A stretch of 64,000 bases of DNA from an uncultured Terracidiphilus sp. (lineage in GTDB: Bacteria > Acidobacteriota > Terriglobia > Terriglobales > Acidobacteriaceae), in NCBI GenBank assembly GCA_964595845.1, contig CAZQRX010000002.1, positions 7,592-71,591 on the forward strand, given 5' to 3'. Position 1 is the stretch's first letter; every line of letters starts with the position of its first letter. This document shows, in pieces, positions 46,136 to 55,851 of this stretch. A model generated the notes under the pieces. The model had not been told where the DNA came from. It saw nothing but the letters and a program-made list of their open reading frames with translations, and did no database searches. The translations under genes and the position numbers were made by a program.

Positions 46136-46936
46136 TCACTTCGCCGCCTCCTTGGCTTCCCTGGCCTTGCGCCGCGAGGGATGCACCCACCAGGCCACGC
46201 CGATGCCGATCAGATAAAGCCCCAGCATGGGGACGGCGTAGATGCACATCGTCCATGGGTCGGGGCTAGGGCAGATGATGGCCGCCACCACGAAGACCGC
46301 CAGAATCGCGTAGCGAATGTTCTTCCACAGGAAGCGCGGGCTGACAATGCCGAACAGCGCCAGGAAGAAAATCAGAATTGGCATTTCAAAGCTGATGCCC
46401 AGGCCCAGGATGATCGATAAAAAGAAGCCGGTGTACTCCTCGATGGTGACCATGGGCGTGAAGTTATGGCCGAAGCCCACAATCAGGATTTGCAGCGCGC
46501 CGGGCAGCACATAGAAGTAGCCAAAGGCCGCGCCGGTCAGAAACAGCCCCACCGTAGCCGCCATGAACGGCACTACAAAGCGCTTTTCCTTCTGGTAAAG
46601 CCCCGGCGCAATGAACAGCCACACCTGGAAGAGGATGAAGGGCGAGGCCAGAATCGCACCGGCGACCAGCGAAACCTGCAAGTCCAGGTTCAACGGGTCC
46701 ATGGGGTGGGTGAAGACCAGCGTCTTGCCGATGTGGTTGAGCGGGGCCTGGATGTAGCCGACAAAGCGGTCGTGGAAGGCCCAGGCGGCGACGAAGCCCA
46801 GCGCCAGGAAGATGGCCGAGCGGACGATGCGCTTGCGCAACTCGTCCAGGTGCTCCATCAGGCTCATGCCGGGCAGCTCCACCCGCTTGGCCACGGCCTC
46901 GCGCGCCATGCCGATTGCATCCGCTGGATCAACCAT
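46136..46936 (-). CDS. tatC: Twin-arginine translocase subunit TatC
   Basis: MSLMEHLDELRKRI, QVWLFIAPGLYQKEK, GISFEMP, PSPDPWTM. Confidence 0.95.
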   Translation of the reverse strand: MVDPADAIGMAREAVAKRVELPGMSLMEHLDELRKRIVRSAIFLALGFVAAWAFHDRFVGYIQAPLNHIGKTLVFTHPMDPLNLDLQVSLVAGAILASPFILFQVWLFIAPGLYQKEKRFVVPFMAATVGLFLTGAAFGYFYVLPGALQILIVGFGHNFTPMVTIEEYTGFFLSIILGLGISFEMPILIFFLALFGIVSPRFLWKNIRYAILAVFVVAAIICPSPDPWTMCIYAVPMLGLYLIGIGVAWWVHPSRRKAREAKEAAK

Positions 46937-47516
46937 GGTTGGCCTGCTCTGAAATTGGTTTAGGCTGGTTCGTAGCATCGGGGGCTAAAGCCCCTTCCGA
47001 TTCTGTTGACGTAATGTCAGGGCTAAAGCCCTGACCTACCAGCGCCGGCCCCGCCACCGGCCCGCGGCCCGGCCGCTCGGCCTCGACCGGCTCGCCGGTC
47101 GAAGGCGGCTGAATGCGCGGATAAGGTTCTTCGCGCTGGAACTCCGCCGGGGAAACCGCGGGATACACTGCCTCCCCCGGATACGGAGATTCGATGCCGT
47201 TTGCGCTGGAGGCGGGTGCCCCAGGTCCCGATTTGGTGACCTGGGAATCGACAACTGCCGGAGCCGCCAGCGCCATCGCAGCCACCCGCTCCTCTTCCTT
47301 TTTGCGCCGGTCGGCATCCTCGGCCTTGCGCAACTCCTCTTCCATCTGGAACTTGAAGTCGTTGGAGGCCTTGCGCACCTCGTACATCAGCTTGCCGATC
47401 TGGCGGCCGATCTCGGGCAGACGGCGGGGGCCGAAGACCACCAGCGCCATCACCATCAGGATCAGCGAATCCCACATGCCCAGATTGGCGAGTTCGATTC
47501 TCGGCGGCGTCATCAT
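46929..47516 (-). CDS. tatB: Twin-arginine translocase TatB/TatA-family subunit
   Basis: ALVVFGPRRLPEIGRQIGK; long unstructured C-tail; directly upstream of tatC. Confidence 0.85.
   Translation of the reverse strand: MMTPPRIELANLGMWDSLILMVMALVVFGPRRLPEIGRQIGKLMYEVRKASNDFKFQMEEELRKAEDADRRKKEEERVAAMALAAPAVVDSQVTKSGPGAPASSANGIESPYPGEAVYPAVSPAEFQREEPYPRIQPPSTGEPVEAERPGRGPVAGPALVGQGFSPDITSTESEGALAPDATNQPKPISEQANHG
46981..47039 (-). repeat. GTAG-type REP-like doublet inside the tatB coding tail
   Basis: Minus strand GTAG-GTCAGGGCT-TT-AGCCCTGAC...GGGGCT-TT-AGCCCC. Confidence 0.75.
47214..47246 (+). repeat. GGTGCCCCA-family REP-like palindrome inside tatB
   Basis: gggtgccccaggtcccgatttggtgacctggga. 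Confidence 0.75.
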
Positions 47517-47729
47517 GAAGAATCATGATACCTGCCCGCGCATGGCCCTCACAAACGCTGCGTGGGGCTTGGCTTATTTACTGTTTATGCAAGCCCCTTT
47601 GGCATCTCTGAGGGTGCGCTAACCTGGGCGCGACCACCCTCCTCCCCGGCCACCGAGTGTAACCGGCGTCACAGCGCGGCCTCTTGCGGCACTCGTAGGC
47701 TCTGGAACGGAGTTGGAGAGGATATCTTT

Positions 47730-48308
47730 ATGTCAGGAATTGCCGCGGAAAACGCTGTGACCGTTCAGAATCTGTTGGCCGCCTTTGAGGGCGAGTCGAA
47801 TGCGCACGCCAAGTACACCGCCTTTGCCGCCAAAGCCGACGAGGAAGGATTGCACGGCGCGGCCAGCCTCTTTCGCGCCGCGGCCCGCGCCGAGCAGATT
47901 CACGCTGGCAATCACGCCCGCGTCATCGGCCAGTTGGGCGCTCGCGCCGAGTGCGCGATTCACCCCGTTGAGGCGAAGAGCACCCTGGACAACCTGAAGG
48001 CCGCGCTGAACGGCGAGAAGTACGAGATCGACGTCATGTACCCCGGCTTCCTGGCCGAGGCCACGGAGCGCAAAAACACCGCCGCCATCCGCACCTTCAC
48101 CGGGGCGCTGGAGGCGGAGAAGACTCACGCGCGGCTCTACAGCGAGGCGATTGCGCTGCTCCAGGCGGGAAAGAAGGATTCCTGGATCGGCGAGGCGCGC
48201 GAGTTCTACGTTTGCCCGGTCTGCGGCTATACCTCAGAGACCGAAGAGGAGCACGAGCGCTGCCCGGTGTGCAACTGCCCCTGGGAAAGATTCGAGATTA
48301 TCCGGTAA
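47730..48308 (+). CDS. rbr: Rubrerythrin
   Basis: NLLAAFEGES, AEQIHA, GEKYE..MYP, AEKTHA, CPVCGY...CPVC. Confidence 0.92.
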   Translation: MSGIAAENAVTVQNLLAAFEGESNAHAKYTAFAAKADEEGLHGAASLFRAAARAEQIHAGNHARVIGQLGARAECAIHPVEAKSTLDNLKAALNGEKYEIDVMYPGFLAEATERKNTAAIRTFTGALEAEKTHARLYSEAIALLQAGKKDSWIGEAREFYVCPVCGYTSETEEEHERCPVCNCPWERFEIIR

Positions 48309-48322
48309 GATCGAGTGAACCG

Positions 48323-50023
48323 ATGCGCGTGCCTCAGTTCACCCTCGACGATTATGAAAGAGCTTTTGCCGATCGCCATCTACTGCACGAAGTAGTCGCG
48401 AAGTGGGCAAAGGCCAAACCGGAGGCTGTTGCCCTTCTCAGCGCGGAGGGCGGCCGCGCCGTCGCCTGGCGCGAGTTCGACCGCATGACCACGGCGCTGG
48501 CGCGGGAGTTGCGGCGCCTGGGCTTCGTGAAGGGCGATTTTCTGGTCACGCTGCTGCCGCTTACCGTGGATCACGTTTTGCTGGAATATAGCTGCTTCAA
48601 GATCGGCGTGATCGCCGCTCCGCTGGATTTGCGTTTATCTGCCGCCGAGATGATCCGCGCGTTGGAGATTCTGCGGCCGCGCGGCTTTGTCTCGTTCGGC
48701 GTGAAAGCGCCCTTCGATCTTCGCCCGCTGTGGCGCGCCGTGCAGTCGCAGTGCGCATGGATTCAGCATTGCATCGTGATGGACTCGGATGAAGCGATTG
48801 CCGGCACGCGCTCCTTTGCGTCGATTGCCGATTCGGCGCTGCGTGCCGCAACGGAGGAAGACTCCGCCGCCCTGCCCGCAATCTCCGAGGACGATGGCGC
48901 TCTGGTCATCTTCACCACCGGCTCGACCGGCTCGCCCAAGCCTGCCCTGCTTTCGCATCGCAACATCACCGTGCAGAACATGTGCATCAGCGGCGCATTT
49001 TTTGGCGGAGACAGCGGCGCTCGCTCGTTGATCAATCTGCCTCCGTCTCATGTGGGCTGCCAAACGGAATTATTGATGAGCACCCTCTTCGGCGGAGGTA
49101 CGGCGGTTCTGCTGGAACTCTTCGACGCCGGCCGTTCGCTGCGCGCCATTGCCCAGCATCGCGTAGAGATCATGGGGCAGATTCCGGCGATGTTCAACCT
49201 GGAGTGGATGCAGAAAGACTATGATCGCCACGATCTTTCCAGCCTCAAATTTGCCGCATACGGGGGAAACGCCGTTTCGCGGCCCTTCGTGGAGCGGCTT
49301 GCCGCCATGGCGCCGGTGATCGGCAGCGGGCTGGGACTGACCGAAGCCGCGGGCTTCTGCACCTATGTGCAGGCAAGCGCGGACGATCACGAGAAGATTC
49401 TCGCCGGACTTGGCGAGGATATGCCCATCTACCCGTGCACCATCCGCCAATCTATGCGCACCGATGGACACGCCGGCGATGAGCTGGCGCCGGGCGAGAT
49501 AGGACACCTCTGCTTTCGCGGGCCGCAGACCTTTCTCGGCTATGTCAACGATCCTGAAGCTACCGCCAAGGCGATCTCGCGCGACGGTTTTTTATACACC
49601 GGCGACCTTGGCTTCAAAGATGCCGCGGGTGTGCATCTGACCGGCCGTGAGAAGTGGGTGATCAAGTCGATGGGCTACCAGATCTTCCCCGGCGATGTGG
49701 AACAGCATATCTGCGCGCTGGCGGAGAAGGTGGCCAACTGTGTTGTCGTCGGCGTGGCGCATGAGGTCGTCTCCGAAGCGGTGGTGGCCGTGGTGGAGAA
49801 GAGACCCGAAGTTGAAGTGAGCCGTCAGGAACTGGATCGCCATGCGCGTTCCCTGCCCTCTTATATGCGCCCGCGCCATTGGATCATTCTCGAAGCCGGC
49901 CAGATGCCGCTGAACCGCGTGGTCAAGCCGGACTATGTGCGGGCCCAGGAGATGGCTCGCCAAGAGATCGCCGCGTTGCGCGAGCGCGGCGAGTGGGACA
50001 GCGGGTTGTTAAAGACTGAGTAA
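48323..50023 (+). CDS. Class I adenylate-forming enzyme (acyl-CoA synthetase family)
   Basis: FTTGSTGSPK, GLGLTEA, YTGDLG, GREKWVIK. Confidence 0.88.
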   Translation: MRVPQFTLDDYERAFADRHLLHEVVAKWAKAKPEAVALLSAEGGRAVAWREFDRMTTALARELRRLGFVKGDFLVTLLPLTVDHVLLEYSCFKIGVIAAPLDLRLSAAEMIRALEILRPRGFVSFGVKAPFDLRPLWRAVQSQCAWIQHCIVMDSDEAIAGTRSFASIADSALRAATEEDSAALPAISEDDGALVIFTTGSTGSPKPALLSHRNITVQNMCISGAFFGGDSGARSLINLPPSHVGCQTELLMSTLFGGGTAVLLELFDAGRSLRAIAQHRVEIMGQIPAMFNLEWMQKDYDRHDLSSLKFAAYGGNAVSRPFVERLAAMAPVIGSGLGLTEAAGFCTYVQASADDHEKILAGLGEDMPIYPCTIRQSMRTDGHAGDELAPGEIGHLCFRGPQTFLGYVNDPEATAKAISRDGFLYTGDLGFKDAAGVHLTGREKWVIKSMGYQIFPGDVEQHICALAEKVANCVVVGVAHEVVSEAVVAVVEKRPEVEVSRQELDRHARSLPSYMRPRHWIILEAGQMPLNRVVKPDYVRAQEMARQEIAALRERGEWDSGLLKTE

Positions 50024-50067
50024 CGTCTGATCCTGCGCACGCTGCATTGGAAGATATGCGACGAGGC

Positions 50068-50538
50068 CTATTCCTTCAGTGTCACGGTAATCCTGCGCGC
50101 ATCGCCGCCTGTTGATGCGATGACGATCTCGCCAGTAGCTTTCTTGCGGATGCTCTTGAACTTCTCGCCCCACTCCACCAGCACCAGGGCGTCGGGAGTC
50201 AGTAACTCATCCAGTCCCAGAGTTTCTAACTGCCGCTCGCCTTCGAGCCTATAGACATCAAGGTGGTATAACTTCACTGGCTGGCCGTCGCGCGCGCCGT
50301 CGTACTCGTGAATCAAGGTAAAGGTCGGGCTGGTCACCTCGTCTGCCTCGGCGGCGTCCAGAGCCTCGGCAATACCCTTCACCAGCGTCGTCTTGCCGGT
50401 GCCCAAATCGCCGCGCAGAATCAGCAACTGCGGCGGCGTGAGCAGCCGGGCCAGTTGGCGGCCTGCCTCAATCGTCTCCGCCCCGCTCCGCGTGGTGAAC
50501 TCGTGCGTAATGGGGGCGGCTGGGTTCACTGAAGTCAT
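50068..50538 (-). CDS. tsaE: tRNA t6A biosynthesis ATPase TsaE
   Basis: GDLGTGKTT, VTSPTFTL, YHLDVYRL, LVEW. Confidence 0.95.
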   Translation of the reverse strand: MTSVNPAAPITHEFTTRSGAETIEAGRQLARLLTPPQLLILRGDLGTGKTTLVKGIAEALDAAEADEVTSPTFTLIHEYDGARDGQPVKLYHLDVYRLEGERQLETLGLDELLTPDALVLVEWGEKFKSIRKKATGEIVIASTGGDARRITVTLKE

Positions 50539-52175
50539 CCTTTGGCCTCAAAAAGGGCTGCCGTCTGCAAGACCTCCGCCGGCAACCCCTGCAACCAAAG
50601 ATAACCGTTGGGACCGTTCGTGCAAAATCGAAAAGCCCCTGCAAGCTGCGCCAGGCTGTCCGTGGCCAGCAGCGTGTGTTCATCCGCCGCGCGCACCGAC
50701 AGGTCGGCGGCCAGCCCGTGAAGATACACCGCCGCCTCGACCGCGCGCGCCGCGTCCGCGGGATACTGCGCCAGCAAGCCGGCGATCAGCCCGGTGAGCA
50801 AATCGCCGCTGCCGCCCTTGGCCATGCCGGGATTGCCGGTGGTGTTGACGGCCACGCGGCCGTCGGGGTGGGCGACGAGCGTGCGCGCGCCTTTGAGCAC
50901 CAGCGTGACTCGTGTGCGCTGGGCAAAGTTGCGCGCCACCTCCAGCCGGTTGGCCTGCACCTCGGTGGTAGTGATGCCGGCCAGCCGCGCCATCTCGCCC
51001 GGATGCGGCGTCAGCACCAGCGTGCGGCCTTTGGCGAGCTTCGTGAGCAGCACCGGCTTGGCCGCCAGAATGTTGAGCGCGTCGGCGTCTATCACAGCCG
51101 GAATTTTAGTAACTGAGAGCAGGCCGGTGGTGAATTTGACGGTCTCCGGATCCTGGCCCAGGCCGGGGCCAATCGCCAGCACGGTCTTTCCCGCGGTGAG
51201 CGCCGCCAGCCGCTCCGGGGCCAGGTTTTCATCCGAGATGCAGCCCGCGAGGATTGCGGCCAGCGGAAAGGTCATCAACTCCGGCGCGATGACCGCCACC
51301 AGCGGCAGCACCGGGGCGGGAACGGCCGCCGTCACCAGTCCGGCTCCGGCCCTGAGCGCCGCCAGGGAGGCCATCGCCAGCGCGCCGGACTTGCCTACCG
51401 AGCCTCCGACCACCAGCACGTGGCCGAAGTTCCCCTTGTTGGCCGACGCCGGACGCCTCGCCTGCGTGAGCGCCAGCGCCGAGCCGGTCCAGTGCAACCC
51501 CAGCGCGGAGACCATCGCCTCCTGCGGCGAGCCGATGGGCGCCACCACTATGGGTTGTGACCAGCGCCGCGTCAACTGGCCGAAAACGTGCGCCGGCTTG
51601 GGCGCGGTAAAGGTGATCACTGCATCGGCGGACCAGACGGGACCGGCAACGGTCGCGGTAGTCGCGTCAGCCGGCCAGCCGGAGGGAAGATCGACAGCGA
51701 GTATTGGCGCCTTGCAGCTCTCGATCCACTTGAGCGCCGCGGCGGCGAGGCCCTTGAGCGGCGGCTTGAAGCCGGTGCCGACTACGGCATCCAGAATCAG
51801 ATCGGCTTCGAGCGCGGAGTTGTGCAGGGCAAAGTCTTCCGGCGTCTCGATGATGTGGCTGAGACCGTGCGGCGGGCTGGTCAATTCGCGCCAGGCAACG
51901 GCCGCGTCGCCGGCGAGGCTGTCAGGCGCGCCCAGCAACAGCGTGGTCACCTCCAGGCCTGCCGAGGCCAGCAGCCGCGCGGCCATCATGCCATCGCCGC
52001 CGTTGTTGCCGCGGCCGCAAACGACCGTCACCCGTCTAGCCAATGGAAATTGCTGGCGCGCAAAGGCCGCCACCGCCGCCGAAGCCGCCCGCATCAGATC
52101 GAGCGAAGGCACACCGAACCGCTCACTCGTCAAGCGGTCGCAGGTCTGCATCTCGGCTGCGGAAAGAACGTGCAT
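50535..52175 (-). CDS. nnr: Bifunctional NAD(P)HX epimerase/dehydratase
   Basis: CGRGNNGGDG, DAVVGTG, AVDLPSG, NKGNFGH, LTPHPGEMARL, GMAKGGSGDLLTG. Start ATG52175. Confidence 0.95.
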   Translation of the reverse strand: MHVLSAAEMQTCDRLTSERFGVPSLDLMRAASAAVAAFARQQFPLARRVTVVCGRGNNGGDGMMAARLLASAGLEVTTLLLGAPDSLAGDAAVAWRELTSPPHGLSHIIETPEDFALHNSALEADLILDAVVGTGFKPPLKGLAAAALKWIESCKAPILAVDLPSGWPADATTATVAGPVWSADAVITFTAPKPAHVFGQLTRRWSQPIVVAPIGSPQEAMVSALGLHWTGSALALTQARRPASANKGNFGHVLVVGGSVGKSGALAMASLAALRAGAGLVTAAVPAPVLPLVAVIAPELMTFPLAAILAGCISDENLAPERLAALTAGKTVLAIGPGLGQDPETVKFTTGLLSVTKIPAVIDADALNILAAKPVLLTKLAKGRTLVLTPHPGEMARLAGITTTEVQANRLEVARNFAQRTRVTLVLKGARTLVAHPDGRVAVNTTGNPGMAKGGSGDLLTGLIAGLLAQYPADAARAVEAAVYLHGLAADLSVRAADEHTLLATDSLAQLAGAFRFCTNGPNGYLWLQGLPAEVLQTAALFEAKG

Positions 52176-52254
52176 GGAAGCTATGGTAGTGCATCGGGCG
52201 GCTAGGACATTCCCCGTCGAGGACTGTGCGCTCTGCGATGTCCTCTCCCTGCGC

Positions 52255-53604
52255 CTAGGGAGAAACTTTGACGGGCGTGACCTCGGTTGCGGTTTGTCCA
52301 AACTCAAACCGCAGGACCCACACGCTGGAGACGGCCTGGCCATTCACTTGCTGAGGGTTGAATCTCCACTGCTGCGCCGCTTGCAGGGCCAATTTGGCGA
52401 AGTACTTGCTCGGTCCCGGCGAGTCCACCGCCGCATTTGTAACATTGCCGCCCGGATCGACCGTGACCCGTATGCTCACCTGGACTTTGCCGCGGATGGT
52501 CGCACGCACTTTTTCGGGTACGTCGGGCATAACTCGCTTAGCGTCATCACCCTTTACTATCGCAACTTTGGGGCGTTGAGTTTCCGGAGCTGGAGATTGC
52601 GGCGGGAGCGCGGTCATTGCAGTAGAGGAATTTTGAGTTTCCGGAACTGGAGTTTGCGGCGGGAGCGCGGTCATCGCGGGCGCGGGTTGCTCATCCGCGG
52701 CTGGCGTCGCTGGCTCAGAGGGGCGAGTGCGCAGCAGCAGCACTGCCACGGCTACAAGCAGGACGAGCGCCGCGGCAACGATTGCCGGCACTCGAAGCTT
52801 GGCAAGTGGCGTTCTTTCGGTTTTGCCGGATCGGGCGGCTTCAAGACGAGCCTTCACATCGCCGAGGGTGCATCGCCGCTCAGGGGCGATGCGCAGGCAT
52901 TCCCGCGCAATGCCGGCGAAGGGTTGTGGCATCGACCACGGCACCGTCGGCTCCTTCTGGGCAGATCTCTCCCAAACGGGAGGATGCTGGGTCAGGGCTT
53001 CGACCAGGGTGACGCCCAGCGACCAGAGGTCGGCGGCTGGAGAGATCAATCCGGATCCGGCTTCCGGCGCGACATGGCCTCCCGGCGCCAGAAGACGTTT
53101 GCCTGGCTCGCCCGCGACAAGAAGATTGTCAGAAGATATTTTCAACTGATCGTCGACGGCCATGATCTCCGAAGGCTTGAGGCGGCCATGCACGAAGCCC
53201 TTTCCATGAAGATAAGCAAGCGCGTCAAGGAGCGGGTCGAGCATCTCTCCGGCCTCGGCGGGCGTGAGCGGCCGCTCCAGAAGAATCTGTGACAGGATTT
53301 CATCGGCGTATTCCGTTACCTCATAGAGCAACGGGACCGCGCCGATCTGACAGCGGCCGAAGTGATAGATGCGCAACAGGTGGGGATGCGAGAGGGTAGA
53401 CGCAGCTGCCCAGCCGACAAGGCGGGCTTCCGCGTCCGCGGCATGGGCGGGAATGAGCTTGATGGCGGCCTTCCGCGATCCCTCTCCCGGCAGTTCCGTG
53501 AGGAAGACGGCACTCAGCTCAGAGCCGCCCAGCCATTGCAGGAGGGTAAATCTCCCGTCAACGACCCGCCCGATCCAATCACTCCGAATTGCCTCATTAA
53601 TCAT
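52255..53604 (-). CDS. Ser/Thr kinase-like (probable pseudokinase) domain + TM + TonB-C domain
   Basis: AAIKL, LSHPHLL, LHGKGFVHGRLKPSEI, APE, ADLWSLG; TM; C-terminus VDPGGNV...AAQQWRF. Confidence 0.8.
   Translation of the reverse strand: MINEAIRSDWIGRVVDGRFTLLQWLGGSELSAVFLTELPGEGSRKAAIKLIPAHAADAEARLVGWAAASTLSHPHLLRIYHFGRCQIGAVPLLYEVTEYADEILSQILLERPLTPAEAGEMLDPLLDALAYLHGKGFVHGRLKPSEIMAVDDQLKISSDNLLVAGEPGKRLLAPGGHVAPEAGSGLISPAADLWSLGVTLVEALTQHPPVWERSAQKEPTVPWSMPQPFAGIARECLRIAPERRCTLGDVKARLEAARSGKTERTPLAKLRVPAIVAAALVLLVAVAVLLLRTRPSEPATPAADEQPAPAMTALPPQTPVPETQNSSTAMTALPPQSPAPETQRPKVAIVKGDDAKRVMPDVPEKVRATIRGKVQVSIRVTVDPGGNVTNAAVDSPGPSKYFAKLALQAAQQWRFNPQQVNGQAVSSVWVLRFEFGQTATEVTPVKVSP
52576..52677 (-). 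repeat. 45 bp coding direct repeat, 57 bp period (AMTALPPQxPxPETQ)
   Basis: 52576-52620 versus 52633-52677. Confidence 0.85.
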
Positions 53605-53739
53605 GTCGTAACCCATTCTATCCGAGCACGGCGGGAAGCACCGGCGTGGAGACGCGGCTTGCTGTTGCCAAAGATTGGGCGCGCCCTGGGTTCGGCGGAC
53701 GTGCGCTCTTCCGGCGTATAGTTTGAAGGGAGTCCAGCG

Positions 53740-54405
53740 ATGAAAGACGCCCTCTACGTCTCCAAAGAAAACTACCTGAAAGCCATCCTCGAAGCCGAAG
53801 CCGAGGGTTGCGAGGTGATCCCTGCCTTGCTGGCGCATTGGCTGGAAGTTTCGCCGCCGGCAGTGACCATGGCGCTGAAACGGCTCAAGCGCGACGGCTT
53901 TGTGGAGGTCGGGAGAGGCATCGTGCGGCTGACCGCTTCAGGCCGCGAGACCGCCTATCGCACCGCTCTGCGCCACCACCTGATCGAGCGCATGTTGAGC
54001 GAGATCTTCGGCATGGAGTGGCACGAGATTCATGAGGAGGCGGAGCGGCTGGAACACGCCGTCTCGCCGGCCTTTGAAGCCAAACTCAAGGAGAAGCTGG
54101 GCGAGAGCGGCGCCTGTCCGCACGGCAACCAGGTTTTGCCGGAGAGCCCGGCGCAGCGCAAGCAGCGCGGCGAAAAGCCGCTCTCTGAGGCTGAAGAGGG
54201 CCAGAGGTACGTCGTTGTCAGCCTGCACGAGCGCGACCACAAGCTGCTGCTGTTTTTGCATCACAATGGAATCGGCCCTGGCCAGAGCCTGCGCGTTCTC
54301 CGGCAGAACTACGACCAAACCGTTGCGATTGAGCTGCTTGCGGGAACTGTCATTTTGGGCCATCCGGCGGCCGAGGCGGTCTGGCTGCGACCGAAAACCG
54401 CGTAA
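53740..54405 (+). CDS. mntR: DtxR/MntR-family metal-dependent repressor
   Basis: ENYLKAI, VSPPAVT, RHHLIERML, EEAERLEHAVS, CPHGN, FeoA-like C-terminus. Confidence 0.9.
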   Translation: MKDALYVSKENYLKAILEAEAEGCEVIPALLAHWLEVSPPAVTMALKRLKRDGFVEVGRGIVRLTASGRETAYRTALRHHLIERMLSEIFGMEWHEIHEEAERLEHAVSPAFEAKLKEKLGESGACPHGNQVLPESPAQRKQRGEKPLSEAEEGQRYVVVSLHERDHKLLLFLHHNGIGPGQSLRVLRQNYDQTVAIELLAGTVILGHPAAEAVWLRPKTA

Positions 54406-54427
54406 CAATTAAAATGAAGAACAATTA

Positions 54428-54445
54428 TTAACCATAGTTAACAAC
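54428..54445. promoter_or_regulatory. Candidate MntR operator upstream of mntH
   Basis: TTAAC-CATA-GTTAA palindrome within ttaaccatagttaacaac; exact reverse complement at 55896-55913. Confidence 0.65.
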
Positions 54446-54465
54446 TTGTGGCATACTGTTTTTGT

Positions 54466-55824
54466 ATGAGCACAGCAGAACTTCCACTCCCGATTATCCC
54501 CGGCCTCGCGCCGGGCCCTGAGCACCAGGTGCCCTCGCTGCCGGAGGTTCATGCGACGGTGCGCATCTCCCGCTCGCCGCACTACTGGCGGCGGCTGTTG
54601 GGCTTTCTCGGTCCCGGATTCCTGATTTCGGTCGGCTACATGGACCCCGGCAACTGGGCCACCGACATTGCCGGAGGGTCGCGCTTCGGCTACACGCTGC
54701 TCTTTGTCATCATGGCCTCGAACCTGATGGCGATTCTCTTGCAGAGCCTCTCGCTCAAGCTGGGCATTGCCACCGAGCGCGACCTGGCGCAGATGTGCCA
54801 CCAGAGCTACGGCCCCAGGGTGAGCTACGCGTTGTGGATCGGCGCCGAAATCGCCATCGCCGCCTGCGATATGGCCGAGGTGATCGGCTCGGCGATTGCG
54901 CTGGAGCTGCTCTTCCACATTCCGCTCTTCTACGGCGTGCTCATCACCAGCCTCGACGTGCTGCTGATTCTCCTCATGCAGCGCTGGGGCTTCCGCTACA
55001 TAGAGGCGCTGGTGATCGCGCTGATCGGCACCATCGTGGGGATGTTCGGCGTGCAGATGTTCCTCTCCCGGCCGGAGTACTGGCCGGTGCTGCATAGCCT
55101 TTTCATCCCCTCGGCCGCGATCGTAACCAACCCCGAGATGCTCTACATCGCCATCGGAATCCTGGGTGCGACGGTGATGCCGCACAACCTCTACCTGCAT
55201 TCTTCGATTGTGCAGAGCCGCAAGTACGAACGCACGCCCAAGGGCAAGCGCGAGGCCATTACGATGGCCAACATCGACTCCGCACTGGCGCTCACGGTGG
55301 CGCTGTTCGTGAATGCGGCCATCCTGATCGTCGCCGCCGCGGTCTTCAATCGCAGCGGCCACTTCGAGGTAGAGGCTATCCAGGACGCCTACAAGCTGCT
55401 CAGCCCGCTACTGGGTGTCACCGGCGCGAGCACGCTCTTTGCCGTCGCTCTGCTGGCCTCGGGGCAGAACTCCTCGATCACCGGCACGCTGGCCGGGCAG
55501 GTGGTGATGGAGGGCTTCATCCACCTGAAGGTTTCGCCGTGGCTGCGGCGGCTGATCACGCGCTCGCTGGCCATCATCCCCACCATCATCGTGGTCGCGG
55601 TCACCGGCGAACAGGGCACGGAAAAACTGCTCATCCTCAGCCAGGTGATTCTCTCGCTGCAACTGAGCTTTGCCGTGGTCCCGCTGGTCATCTTCACCGG
55701 CAACCGCAAGATGATGGGCGAGTTCGTCAACGCCCGCTGGCTGAAGGCGCTGGCCTGGTTCACCGCCATCCTAATCGCCGGCCTGAATGGCTGGCTGCTG
55801 ATTTTAATGTCTCAGGGCCGCTAA
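54466..55824 (+). CDS. mntH: Nramp-family Mn2+/Fe2+ transporter
   Basis: GYMDPGNW, MPHNLYLHS, SSITGTLAGQVVMEGF. Confidence 0.95.
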   Translation: MSTAELPLPIIPGLAPGPEHQVPSLPEVHATVRISRSPHYWRRLLGFLGPGFLISVGYMDPGNWATDIAGGSRFGYTLLFVIMASNLMAILLQSLSLKLGIATERDLAQMCHQSYGPRVSYALWIGAEIAIAACDMAEVIGSAIALELLFHIPLFYGVLITSLDVLLILLMQRWGFRYIEALVIALIGTIVGMFGVQMFLSRPEYWPVLHSLFIPSAAIVTNPEMLYIAIGILGATVMPHNLYLHSSIVQSRKYERTPKGKREAITMANIDSALALTVALFVNAAILIVAAAVFNRSGHFEVEAIQDAYKLLSPLLGVTGASTLFAVALLASGQNSSITGTLAGQVVMEGFIHLKVSPWLRRLITRSLAIIPTIIVVAVTGEQGTEKLLILSQVILSLQLSFAVVPLVIFTGNRKMMGEFVNARWLKALAWFTAILIAGLNGWLLILMSQGR

Positions 55825-55851
55825 TTCCCCGCTTTCCCCTGGAGGTTACGC

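Noticed and set aside
50794-53292. 832-aa plus-strand ORF, and other long antisense ORFs such as 30499-31659, 54409-55362 and 15648-16811
   Set aside because: Shadow ORFs opposite well-supported genes in GC-rich DNA, with no recognisable motifs.
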